Positions 20,526 through 29,265 of a DNA stretch of 64,000 bases are shown one piece after another (within the stretch, counting starts at the first letter, position 1; the number at the start of each line of letters is the position of its first letter). Position numbers and translations under genes: made by a program. The stretch is from an uncultured virus (IMG/VR IMGVR_UViG_3300044212_000089) (Duplodnaviria; Heunggongvirae; Uroviricota; Caudoviricetes), in the IMG/VR virus record IMGVR_UViG_3300044212_000089, one strand, 5' to 3'. The notes under the pieces were generated by a model that was not told the origin of the DNA, did no database searches, and worked only from the letters and a program-made list of their open reading frames with translations.

Positions 20526-20530
20526 ATCTG

Positions 20531-20857
20531 TTAACCTCCTATGATCTGTGTCTGGTACAGGACCTCGTACATCCGCTCATCCGCGATCCACACCTCCGAT
20601 TTCTCGAAGGGGAGCTCATGCGCGGCGAGGATGCCCTCGATCCGGGTCTCCATCTCGGGGTCCTTCCTGTCCGTGTAGAGCTCGATGCTGAGCTCGTCGA
20701 TCTTCTGGAAGACCGCATCGTCAGCGAACAGGTTGTCGCTTCCCGGGAACAGGAAGCAGATGAAGGGCGGGTCCGGGGACTCGCCCTCGGCGAAATGGTC
20801 GTAGGCGACGGGAAGCACGGTCTCCTCGATCATCGCTTTCGTTTCCTCGAATGTCAT
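20531..20857 (-). CDS. Tail terminator-like protein
   Basis: Position; IELYTDRKD motif. Confidence 0.75.
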   Translation of the reverse strand: MTFEETKAMIEETVLPVAYDHFAEGESPDPPFICFLFPGSDNLFADDAVFQKIDELSIELYTDRKDPEMETRIEGILAAHELPFEKSEVWIADERMYEVLYQTQIIGG

Positions 20858-20863
20858 GGGATG

Positions 20864-21244
20864 TCATCCTTTCAGCTTGCTTTCGATGGTCTCGGCGAGC
20901 TTCTCGTTGCCGCGCTGCTCGGCGCTTGCGATATGCGGCCTTGCGGCGACCCTTCCGCCGCCTCGCTTGGCGTGCCCGTGTTCGAGCAGGTGGGCGATCT
21001 GGTAGCGGTTCCTCGAATGCACGACGAGGTCGATGGATTCGGAGTCCTCGTGGACGTTCTTCACGGACCATGATTTCTTGTATTTCCCCGTGTCCACCGG
21101 GGCGCTGTCCTGGATGTCCTTGCGGACGGATTTCGCCGTTTCCTTCACGGCGTCCTTCAGGTCGTCCGCCGCGATGCCCGCGTATTTCCCGAGCTCCGCC
21201 ATGATGGCGGAGTCCATGTCGTCGATCGATGTGTTTCTGCTCAT
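20864..21244 (-). CDS. HK97 gp10 family protein
   Basis: APVDTGKY, HLLEHGH, RPHI. Confidence 0.85.
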   Translation of the reverse strand: MSRNTSIDDMDSAIMAELGKYAGIAADDLKDAVKETAKSVRKDIQDSAPVDTGKYKKSWSVKNVHEDSESIDLVVHSRNRYQIAHLLEHGHAKRGGGRVAARPHIASAEQRGNEKLAETIESKLKG

Positions 21245-21573
21245 GTGTCCTTCTCCAGCCTGCAGTTGAATTTGATCGAGTTGCGTTTGTATCCCATCGG
21301 GTTCACGTAGATGATGTTGTAAGTCTTGCCCTCGGCGAGGATCCTGTACTTTGTGGATTCGACCACGGCGAGCTCGGAGCACCAGCGGCAGGTGAAGTCA
21401 AGGGACTCCTCGGGGCTGATGATCTCTCCGGCCGACTCGGAGCCGCTCTGCGTGCCGATTGTGGCGTGGCATGTGAAGTAGTCCGTCCATCTGGCGGCGT
21501 GGTTTCCGTATTTGTCGACCGTGACCGTGTTCTTCTGGAAGGTCACGGGGACACGGAGGGCGGCGATGTTCAT
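21241..21573 (-). CDS. Head closure / head-tail adaptor
   Basis: Position, size and DKYGN...W pattern. Confidence 0.8.
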   Translation of the reverse strand: MNIAALRVPVTFQKNTVTVDKYGNHAARWTDYFTCHATIGTQSGSESAGEIISPEESLDFTCRWCSELAVVESTKYRILAEGKTYNIIYVNPMGYKRNSIKFNCRLEKDT

Positions 21574-21860
21574 CAGAAGTCCTCCTTCCTGACGCCGAAG
21601 AGCAGCGCGCGGAGCGTGAGGTTCAGCTGGCTGTGGTTCGCCTCCTCACGGTGCTCGTAGAGATACGCCACGGTGTAGAGGATGGCGATGCGCATGCGGA
21701 TGAGGATTTTCTCCTCGCCTGACTCCCACTCCTCGTCGGAGAAACGGGCGATGTCCTGCACGATGCCTGTTGCGGATGCGATGAGATGTGTGATCAGCTC
21801 GTCCTCGTCGGAGGAACTGACCCTGAGATAGGTTTTCGCTTCGTCAAGCGTCACTTCCAT
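21573..21860 (-). CDS. Head-tail connector (gp6-like)
   Basis: VTLDEAKTYLRV...YLYEHRE. Confidence 0.88.
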   Translation of the reverse strand: MEVTLDEAKTYLRVSSSDEDELITHLIASATGIVQDIARFSDEEWESGEEKILIRMRIAILYTVAYLYEHREEANHSQLNLTLRALLFGVRKEDF

Positions 21861-21873
21861 AAGGCACCTCCAT

Positions 21874-21913
21874 AAAAAAGACGGACACCTCCGGGAGAAC
21901 CGGAGATGCCCGT
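21874..21913 (-). terminator. Terminator after capsid gene
   Basis: Hairpin plus T6 on the minus strand. Confidence 0.6.
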
Positions 21914-21932
21914 GTGATGGTCAGCACGCGGA

Positions 21933-23138
21933 TCAGGCGGATGCCTTGACGGAAAGGCCGCGCACGGCCTCCGGCAGGATGAGCTTGCCGTCGACCCTTT
22001 CGGAGGCGAGGAAGCCGATCTGCCCGTTAGCCGCGTACAGCTCGGACAGGCGCTTGAAGGAGCGTCCCTGGCGGTCGGCGATCCAGTAGTAGGAGAAGTC
22101 GCCGAACAGGATCGGCACGTTCCCGGCCGCCAGTTCCGGCGCGTAGATGCTCGTCCTGTACGGGCGGTTGAGGATGGTGTCCGGCTGGCCTGCGACCACG
22201 CTCGGCTGCCAGATGTAATTTCCGTTGCCGTCCTTGATCTTGCGCAGCGCCTTGACGGTGGAGTCGTTCAGGATCCACACCGCGCGGTTGCGGTACACGC
22301 TTCTCAGGGAGTGGAACACGTCCATGATCTGGTCGAAGGTGAGGCTCGTGTTCGCGATCTCCGTGGTCGCCCCGTCGGTCGCCTTGACCTTGGTGAAGAC
22401 GCCCTCCGGCTTCTTCTGGCCGTCGCCGACGAGGAACGCCTCCTCCTCGGCGGCACCGATTCGGCGTGCGAACTCGGTGGAGATGTAGCTCTCGAGGTCG
22501 AAGACGGAGTCGTTCATCAGCTCCTCGGACACCTTGATGGCGGTGCCGAGCTTGTACGCGGAGAGCGTGATCTGGTCGAAGGTCTCGTCGGATTCCGGGT
22601 ACAGGCCGTTCTCCTCCATCCAGCTCGCCGTCCCGTGGGATGCGACGATCGGGATGGTGTGCGTCCCGCTGTCGGTCTGGATGACGTGGGCGAGGGAGCG
22701 GAAGAAGTTCTCGTCGGTCAGCGCCTGCACGAGCTGCCTCTCGTATTCGTCCGGGACGAGGTAGCCGCCGTTCGCGTCGGTCCCGGCCTCGAGGACGTTC
22801 TTGACGTCGTACCAGTTGCGCTTGCGGATGCTGTCCCAGAACGCGGTCTTGTACGCCTTGGACGCGATGCCCGGCTTGTCGTCCGGCTCGTCCTTTGCTC
22901 CCGGTTTCCCGGTGAGCGGCGCGGAGGTCGGCTGGGAGAGCATCCTGTCGATCTGCTCCTGACGCTGCAGGCGTTCGATGTCGTGCGTGAGGTCAGTGAC
23001 CTCCTTTTCCATCCTGTCATAGGTGGCGGCGTCCTCCGCGGACACGTTGCCGCCGCCCGTGGAGTGGGTGTCGAGGAAGTTCTTCGCGGCGTCCCACGCC
23101 TTGGCTCTTTTTTCCATAAGGTCCATGATCCTGGTCAT
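21933..23138 (-). CDS. Major capsid protein, HK97 family
   Basis: GGYLVP, VSEELMND, GNYIWQP, FGDFSYY. Confidence 0.95.
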   Translation of the reverse strand: MTRIMDLMEKRAKAWDAAKNFLDTHSTGGGNVSAEDAATYDRMEKEVTDLTHDIERLQRQEQIDRMLSQPTSAPLTGKPGAKDEPDDKPGIASKAYKTAFWDSIRKRNWYDVKNVLEAGTDANGGYLVPDEYERQLVQALTDENFFRSLAHVIQTDSGTHTIPIVASHGTASWMEENGLYPESDETFDQITLSAYKLGTAIKVSEELMNDSVFDLESYISTEFARRIGAAEEEAFLVGDGQKKPEGVFTKVKATDGATTEIANTSLTFDQIMDVFHSLRSVYRNRAVWILNDSTVKALRKIKDGNGNYIWQPSVVAGQPDTILNRPYRTSIYAPELAAGNVPILFGDFSYYWIADRQGRSFKRLSELYAANGQIGFLASERVDGKLILPEAVRGLSVKASA

Positions 23139-23159
23139 TTCAGATTCCTCCGTTTCGTT

Positions 23160-23912
23160 TCAGTGGCTGAGAAGCGACAGGCGCTTCTGTAGGTCTGCGG
23201 CCTTGACGGCCGGTTTCGTGTCTTTCTGCGCGGGTGCGCGCTTCGGGATGAGCTTGGAAAGAAGCGAGTCGGTGACGGCCTTCCGCGAGAAAAGCATCCC
23301 GGCCTCCGTGCCGCCCTCCGTATCCGTGCCGTCCTCCTCGGCTGGCCCGGTGCCGTCCGCGAAGAGGATCTCGTCGGCGAATCCGAGCTTCTTCGCCTCC
23401 CTGGCGTTCATCCAGGTCTCGGCGTCCATGAGCTTCGAGATCTTGTTCCGGGACAGCCCGGACTTGAGCTCGTAGGCGTTCATGATGCTTTCCTTGACCT
23501 CGGAGAGCATGTCGATGGCTTTCTGCATTTCCTCGCTGTCGCCGATCGCGATGGTCGCGGGGTTGTGGACCATGAGCATCGCGACGGGGCTCATGCAGAC
23601 CTTTGTCCCGGCCATCGCGATGACGGATGCGGCGGATGCCGCAAGCGCGTCGATCTTGACGGTCACGTCGTACGGGTAGTCCATCAGCATGTTGTAGATC
23701 TGCGCGGCTGCGAAGACGTCCCCGCCGGGTGAGTTGATCCAGAGGGTGATGCCGCCCTTGCCGGAGTTGAGCTCGTCCTTGAAGGCCCGTGGGGTGATCT
23801 CGTCGCCGTACCAGGTCTCATCGGAGATCTCCCCGTCGAGGTAGAGCGTGCGGTCGGATCCGAAGCCGTCCGGGGTCTCGTTTCGCGCCCATCGCCAGAA
23901 TTTTCTTGTCAT
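23160..23912 (-). CDS. ClpP-like head maturation protease
   Basis: INSPGGDV, AASAAS, MVHNP, ETWM. Confidence 0.93.
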   Translation of the reverse strand: MTRKFWRWARNETPDGFGSDRTLYLDGEISDETWYGDEITPRAFKDELNSGKGGITLWINSPGGDVFAAAQIYNMLMDYPYDVTVKIDALAASAASVIAMAGTKVCMSPVAMLMVHNPATIAIGDSEEMQKAIDMLSEVKESIMNAYELKSGLSRNKISKLMDAETWMNAREAKKLGFADEILFADGTGPAEEDGTDTEGGTEAGMLFSRKAVTDSLLSKLIPKRAPAQKDTKPAVKAADLQKRLSLLSH

Positions 23913-25249
23913 AGGGGTTTCCTCCTTCCCCGGAGCCGGTCATCGGACTCCGATTGTTCCTGTGGTTCCTCTGCCTGTTCTTCCTGTGTTTCGCCTTGTG
24001 CCTCCGTTTCACCTGGTGCCGAGGCCGCGAAGATTCCGGCGTCCTCGAGCTTGGTCATGTTGCCGTTGATGAGGTACAGGTCGCCGCCTTCCTCGGCCGG
24101 GATGCGGTCGAGGTTCTCGAGCTCGCGGATGTCGTTCGCGCTCATCCAGCCGTTCTGGCGTGCGGTGGCGTATCCGTTCATGCGGCTCTGGTAGTCGCCT
24201 CTGAGAAGCCCGTCCACATTGAATTTGAAGAAGTATTCCTTCTTCTCCTCGGGCCGGAGGAGCGCCCTCCGCATGGACTGCTCCCAGCGGGAGACCCACG
24301 GGTCGAGCGTGTATTTCACGAATTCCAGCGATTGCTGCTCGATGTTGCTGAACGAGCTTTTCTCAAGGTCGCCGATCATGTGCGGCGGGATGCGGAAGAT
24401 CCTCGCGATCTCGTCGATCTGGAATTTCCTCGTCTCGAGGAACTGCGCCTGCTCCGGTGAGATAGAGATCGGCGTGTATTTCATGCCTTCCTCGAGGACC
24501 GCCACCTTGTTGGAGTTGGCGGAGCCGCCGAAGGCCGTGTTCCAGCTTTCCCGGACCCGCTCCGGGTCCTTCACCACGCCGGGGTGCTCGAGGATCCCGC
24601 CGGGCGTCGCACCGTTGGCGAAGAACTTCGCGCCGTACTCCTCGCAGGCGATCGCCATGCCGATCGAGTTTTTCGCCATTGCGATCGGCGAGTAGCCGAC
24701 GAGCCCGTCGAAGCCGAGACCCGGGATGTGGAGCACGTCATACGGCGAAAGTCTGACTAGGCTCCCGGTCATCGTGTGCGCCTCGTCCTGCGAGGTCTGG
24801 TATTCGTAGTAGAGCTGCCCGTTCTCGTCCCGGTCGACGGTCATGCGGTTCGGCATGAGCGGGTAGAGCGCTATGACCTCGCCTTTGCCGTTTCGGATGA
24901 TCTGCGCGTAGGCGTTGCCCCACAGGAGCAGGTGCGTCATGAGCGTTTCCCGGAAGACAAAGCTCGTCATCTCGGGGTTCGGCTCGTCGTGCAAAAGCTC
25001 GTAGAGCGGGTGGCCGATGGCTTTTTCCTTGCTGCCGTTTTCCGTGTAGCGGTACAGGTGCAGTGGCAGTCCCGCGATCGCCTCGGACAGGATCCGGACG
25101 CAGGAGTAGACCGCCGTCATCTGCATGGCGGAGCGTTCCGTCACCGTCTTGCCGGAGGTGGTCCCTCCGAAGAAGAAGCGGTAGCTGCTTGCGGCGGTGG
25201 AGTCCTTTGGCTTGTCGCGGCTTTTGAATATTCCTCTGAATATGCCCAT
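23909..25249 (-). CDS. Portal protein, HK97 family
   Basis: LLLWGNAY, GYSPI, IARIFRIPP, SNIEQQ. Confidence 0.95.
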   Translation of the reverse strand: MGIFRGIFKSRDKPKDSTAASSYRFFFGGTTSGKTVTERSAMQMTAVYSCVRILSEAIAGLPLHLYRYTENGSKEKAIGHPLYELLHDEPNPEMTSFVFRETLMTHLLLWGNAYAQIIRNGKGEVIALYPLMPNRMTVDRDENGQLYYEYQTSQDEAHTMTGSLVRLSPYDVLHIPGLGFDGLVGYSPIAMAKNSIGMAIACEEYGAKFFANGATPGGILEHPGVVKDPERVRESWNTAFGGSANSNKVAVLEEGMKYTPISISPEQAQFLETRKFQIDEIARIFRIPPHMIGDLEKSSFSNIEQQSLEFVKYTLDPWVSRWEQSMRRALLRPEEKKEYFFKFNVDGLLRGDYQSRMNGYATARQNGWMSANDIRELENLDRIPAEEGGDLYLINGNMTKLEDAGIFAASAPGETEAQGETQEEQAEEPQEQSESDDRLRGRRKPL

Positions 25250-25269
25250 GGGCTTGTCCTCCGTGTGTT

Positions 25270-26877
25270 TCAGATGAAAAGGATGCCGCGGCTGTCATAG
25301 ACGGACTCGGCATTGTCGTTTCCCATGCGGATCGCGCGGTCGAGGGCCATGATGGTGGCGATCGCGCCGTCGATCTTCTCCGTGGATTTCTCCTTGTCGG
25401 CCTTGATGTTCCCGGCGGGGTCGGTGCGGATGTAGATGTTGTCCATCATCCAGCGGAGGACCGGATGCCCGCCGTGCGCGATGCGCCTCTCAAGGACGAG
25501 CTTCATGAGCTCCTTGGTGGGCGGGCTCATGTCCTTGAAGCCCTGTCCGAACGGGATGACGGTGAAACCCATGCCTTCGAGGTTCTGCACCATCTGGACG
25601 GCTCCCCACCGGTCGAACGCGATCTCGCGGATGTTGAACCGCTCGTCTAAGCGTTCGATGAACTTCTCGATGTAGCCGTAGTGGATGACGTTCCCCTCCG
25701 TGGTCTGCAGGACGCCCTGTCTCTCCCACAGGTCGTAGGGGACGTGGTCGCGGCGGACCCGGAGGTCGAGCGTGTCTTCGGGCACCCAGAAGTACGGGAG
25801 CACCGCATACCTGTCGTCCTCGTCCTGCGGCGGGAACACGAGGACGAAGGCGGTGATGTCGGTCGTACTGGAAAGGTCGAGCCCGCCGTAGCAGACGCGG
25901 CCCTCGAGGTCGTCCTCGTTCACCGGATAGTCGCAGGCATCCCATTTGTCCATCGGCATCCAGCGGACGGACTGCTTCACCCACTGGTTGAGGCGGAGCT
26001 GCCGGAAGGCGTTCTCCTCGCCGGGGTTCTGCTTCGCGCTCTCGCAGGCTGCCTTGACCTTGTCGATGCCGACCGTGATGCCCAGGCTCGGGTTCGCCTT
26101 CCTCCAGACCTCCGGGTCCGTCCAGTCCTCGGATTCGTCCGCTCCGAAGATGACCGGGTAGAACGTCGGATCGTGCTTCCTGCCGTTCATGATGTCGAGC
26201 GCCTTCTCATGCTGCTCGTAGCAGATGGAGTGCGTGTCGTTCCCGGCGGTGGTGATGAGGAAGAACAACGGCTGCATCCTCGCGTCGCCGGATCCCTTGG
26301 TCATGACGTCGAAGAGCTTGCGGTTCGGCTGCGTGTGCAGCTCGTCGAAGATGACGCCGTGCGTGTTGAACCCGTGCTTGTTCGCGACATCCGCGGACAG
26401 CACCTGGTAGAAGCTGTGCGTCGGCAGGTATTCGAGGCGCTTCTGCGATTCGAGGATCTTCACGCGCTTTGAGAGCGCAGGGCAGAAGCGGACCATGTCG
26501 ACCGCGACGTCGAACACGATCTTGGCCTGGTTCCGGTCGGCGGCGCAGCCGTACACCTCGGCGCGCTCCTCGTTGTCCCCGCAGGTCAGGAGCAGCGCGA
26601 TCGCCGCGGCAAGCTCGCTCTTTCCCTGTTTCTTCGGGATCTCCACGTAGGCGGTGTTGAACTGCCGGTAGCCGTTCTCCTTGATCACGCCGAACAGGTC
26701 GCGGACGATCTGCTCCTGCCAGTCGATGAGCTCGAACGACTTCCCGGCCCACGTGCCCTTGGTGTGGCAGAGTTGCTCGATGAAGAGCACCGCGTAGTCC
26801 GCGAGCGTCTCGTCGTAGCGGGAGGTCGGTTCCATGAACCTCGTCGTCCTGTAATCCTTGAGCTTTCGAATCGCCAA
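25270..26877 (-). CDS. terL: Terminase large subunit
   Basis: PKKQGKS Walker A, IFDELH, GLDLS, KIDG; TTG start after AAGGAGG. Confidence 0.95.
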   Translation of the reverse strand: MAIRKLKDYRTTRFMEPTSRYDETLADYAVLFIEQLCHTKGTWAGKSFELIDWQEQIVRDLFGVIKENGYRQFNTAYVEIPKKQGKSELAAAIALLLTCGDNEERAEVYGCAADRNQAKIVFDVAVDMVRFCPALSKRVKILESQKRLEYLPTHSFYQVLSADVANKHGFNTHGVIFDELHTQPNRKLFDVMTKGSGDARMQPLFFLITTAGNDTHSICYEQHEKALDIMNGRKHDPTFYPVIFGADESEDWTDPEVWRKANPSLGITVGIDKVKAACESAKQNPGEENAFRQLRLNQWVKQSVRWMPMDKWDACDYPVNEDDLEGRVCYGGLDLSSTTDITAFVLVFPPQDEDDRYAVLPYFWVPEDTLDLRVRRDHVPYDLWERQGVLQTTEGNVIHYGYIEKFIERLDERFNIREIAFDRWGAVQMVQNLEGMGFTVIPFGQGFKDMSPPTKELMKLVLERRIAHGGHPVLRWMMDNIYIRTDPAGNIKADKEKSTEKIDGAIATIMALDRAIRMGNDNAESVYDSRGILFI

Positions 26878-26901
26878 TGGGTGTCCGCCTCCTTTTTTGG
26901 C

Positions 26902-26927
26902 AAAAGAAAAGACCGCCTGGGCGGTCT
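26902..26927 (-). terminator. Hairpin/terminator closing the small-gene cluster
   Basis: AGACCGCC-tg-GGCGGTCT plus T-runs on the minus strand. Confidence 0.65.
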
Positions 26928-27002
26928 GCGAAAAATCTATTCGGCACGAGAGCAAGAGCCTTGTCGGCTCTGCTTTCGGGACGTCCGGAATCCGGATGGT
27001 TG

Positions 27003-27230
27003 TTAGTTGTACTGCTTCAGGAGAGCCGCGTAGGCAAGCTGGCTTGCCTCGTCCTCGGGTTCGATGTCCCAGCCGCGGTCGTAGTTCAGGGTGGTCCTGC
27101 CGCCGACCCGGAGCTCCATCTTCGAGATGCGGCCTCCGTCGATCCCGTAATCCTCGGAAGGCTCCGCGTAGTGCTTCATCCAGTATTTCACGCTTGTCCC
27201 GTCGATCAGAAGCGTTCCTTCGTCCCACAT
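27003..27230 (-). CDS. Small conserved phage protein
   Basis: RBS GGAGG; YGIDGGRISK...NYDRGWD. Confidence 0.8.
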   Translation of the reverse strand: MWDEGTLLIDGTSVKYWMKHYAEPSEDYGIDGGRISKMELRVGGRTTLNYDRGWDIEPEDEASQLAYAALLKQYN

Positions 27231-27278
27231 AGTCGTACCCTCCGTTTGCTGTGCTTTTCCCTTTCGGTGTGTACATAT

Positions 27279-27305
27279 ATCACTCTGGACGCCCGTGATA
27301 GCAAG
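27279..27305 (-). promoter_or_regulatory. Class A promoter-like motif
   Basis: CTTGCTA-N12-AGAGTGAT. Confidence 0.7.
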
Positions 27306-27366
27306 TCGTTTCCGGAGAATATATGTGACGATCCCGCGGCGGTTTCGTCTCGGCGGATTGTGTGGT

Positions 27367-27837
27367 CTACAGCTGGAATTCGATGCCGTTGCGGCGTTCG
27401 GGTTCCTTGCTTCCGAAGCGGTGGTCGTCCGCGCGCGTCACCGTCCTGAGGCCTGTCATCCTGCATCCGCGGGCCCTCAGTCCGTAGATGCCGTCCATGA
27501 GCGCCGTGCTCTGGTCGGTCACCACGATCGTGGTGATGCCCGCGTCCCTCAGCGTGGCGGTGAAGTCGGCGAGCTCATTCTCCCGTGGGAGATCCTCGAC
27601 TTCGAATGCGTCAGCGCCTCGTTTCAGGCTCCGGTCGTAGGCGGTGAGGGCCTTCACCGCGCCTTGCGTGAACGGGTACGGGAACTTGGCCTTCTCGCGT
27701 TCGTCGAAGGCTTTCACGCCGTCCCAGTCGTCCGCATCGATCATGGCCTCGCGGTCTTTTTCCCGGATGGCCTTCGCCTGGTTGTAGGCGATCGCCGTTT
27801 CCCGCATTTCCTCGAGTCTGCTGTTCGTTTTCATCAT
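27367..27837 (-). CDS. Hypothetical phage protein
   Basis: RBS GGAGG; acidic/helical ORF with its own promoter motif. Confidence 0.75.
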   Translation of the reverse strand: MMKTNSRLEEMRETAIAYNQAKAIREKDREAMIDADDWDGVKAFDEREKAKFPYPFTQGAVKALTAYDRSLKRGADAFEVEDLPRENELADFTATLRDAGITTIVVTDQSTALMDGIYGLRARGCRMTGLRTVTRADDHRFGSKEPERRNGIEFQL

Positions 27838-27896
27838 GTGTTCCTCCGGTTTTCGCTTGTTTACTTGGTTTTCTGTGCCTTTCGGCATGTCTATAC

Positions 27897-27923
27897 ATCA
27901 CTCTTTCGAGGGTATATAGCAAG
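27897..27923 (-). promoter_or_regulatory. Class A promoter-like motif
   Basis: CTTGCTA-N12-AGAGTGAT. Confidence 0.7.
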
Positions 27924-27964
27924 TCAATTCGGCCAGATAATTTGATAACTTTCTGTGTCTGAAA

Positions 27965-28150
27965 TCAGGATTCTCCGGTTTCGCCGGTCAGGATGAAATG
28001 CACGTATTCCTTCCTGTGCTCCTCGATGAAAATCACCAGCTCGTAATAGTTCCGGTCGAAGGCGAGCCGCTGCACACGGGGCAGGTCGAACATGTTTGCA
28101 AGTCCGGTGTCTCGGATTGCGAGAATCTGTTCCTTGATTTTCTCGTCCAT
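27965..28150 (-). CDS. DUF5049-like small protein
   Basis: IKEQILAIRDTG..NMFD...YVHFILTG. Confidence 0.8.
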   Translation of the reverse strand: MDEKIKEQILAIRDTGLANMFDLPRVQRLAFDRNYYELVIFIEEHRKEYVHFILTGETGES

Positions 28151-28151
28151 G

Positions 28152-28376
28152 TCAGTCCACCACCTTCCGCACGATGTCCTCGCCGTAGATCACGTTCAGG
28201 CCGCTTCCGTCGTCCCAGTGGACGAGGAGGCTCCCCGTGTCGTCGACGCCGTGGACGGTTCCTTTTGTCCCGATGGGCGGTGCCTGGACGTCGTCCATCC
28301 GCACGAGCTCCACGCGGGTGCCGTCCGGATATGTTTTGCGGAGCAGCTCAAGCTGCCAGGGTTGGATCATCCTCAT
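28152..28376 (-). CDS. DUF4314-like small protein
   Basis: YPDGTRVELVRMDD...VDDTG...WDDGS. Confidence 0.82.
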   Translation of the reverse strand: MRMIQPWQLELLRKTYPDGTRVELVRMDDVQAPPIGTKGTVHGVDDTGSLLVHWDDGSGLNVIYGEDIVRKVVD

Positions 28377-29110
28377 GCCTGCGCCACCGTTTCCACGGCG
28401 GTTTCCTTTTCCGGAGCGCCGTTCTTCCAGCTGGAGTTCCCGGAGAGGTTCTTCAGGAGGATCCTGCGGCTTTCCTTGTACTCGGATCCGATGAATCCGA
28501 GGCGGAGCAGGAAGCAGCGGAAGGCGTACTTTTCGTTTGCTGCCGGTGTTTCCTTGCTGCTGGTGCGCCTGAGCTCCTTCGAGAGCTTGCAGAGCAGGGA
28601 TATGAACTCGGCGTAGGCTTTCGCCTCGGCGGCTTCCGGCATTTTGGTGAACCATGGGAATGCGATGCGGTCCTCCTTGATCTCGAACCGCAGGTCGTCA
28701 ACGCCGAGCGCCTTCCTGATGAGGCTTCCTTTGGCCTCGAGGATGTTCGTGAGGTTTCCGACCGCCGCCTTGTCCAGCGGGATCTCGACCGTGAGGCCGG
28801 TGCCTTCAGGCTCCGGTGCGGTTTCCTCCGGGTCCTCGGGCTCCTCCCCGGCGTCGGGCTCGGGCTCCGCGGCCTCCTGCGGCCCCGCTTCGAATCCCGC
28901 GTCCGCGAGGGCCTTGAGGACCTTTTCGGTTTCCTCGCCGTCCGCCTCGGCGTCCCATTCGAGCGTTCCGGTCTTGGTGACCGTGTAGCCGCCGATCTCG
29001 AAATTGCAGGTCGGCATGTACTTGTATTCCGCCTTGGCCCCGGTGGTGCCTGAGATGACCTTGACCAGTTCCTTGCGCCGTGCGCCTGTCACGTTGTAGT
29101 TGATTCGCAT
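28373..29110 (-). CDS. Conserved phage protein of unknown function (often annotated 'virulence-related')
   Basis: RKELVKVI...NEKYAFRCFLLRLGFIG. Confidence 0.8.
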   Translation of the reverse strand: MRINYNVTGARRKELVKVISGTTGAKAEYKYMPTCNFEIGGYTVTKTGTLEWDAEADGEETEKVLKALADAGFEAGPQEAAEPEPDAGEEPEDPEETAPEPEGTGLTVEIPLDKAAVGNLTNILEAKGSLIRKALGVDDLRFEIKEDRIAFPWFTKMPEAAEAKAYAEFISLLCKLSKELRRTSSKETPAANEKYAFRCFLLRLGFIGSEYKESRRILLKNLSGNSSWKNGAPEKETAVETVAQA

Positions 29111-29163
29111 TGTGCTTGCCTCCGTTTCCTATGGTGTTTTCCTGCCTTTCGGCATGTCCATAC

Positions 29164-29190
29164 ATCACTCTTTCCGGCCGTGATAGCAAG
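29164..29190 (-). promoter_or_regulatory. Class A promoter-like motif
   Basis: CTTGCTA-N12-AGAGTGAT. Confidence 0.7.
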
Positions 29191-29265
29191 CGGATCCGGG
29201 GTATTTCCCGAGCGGAATATCCGACGATTATCCGAGAGGAGAACTGTGCTTGGCGCACAGGGGAA

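Noticed and set aside
26878..27276. N-terminal extension of TerL in the ORF track (similar extensions at 8496-9446 and 12552-12698)
   Set aside because: Overlaps other genes and terminators; downstream starts have clear RBSs.
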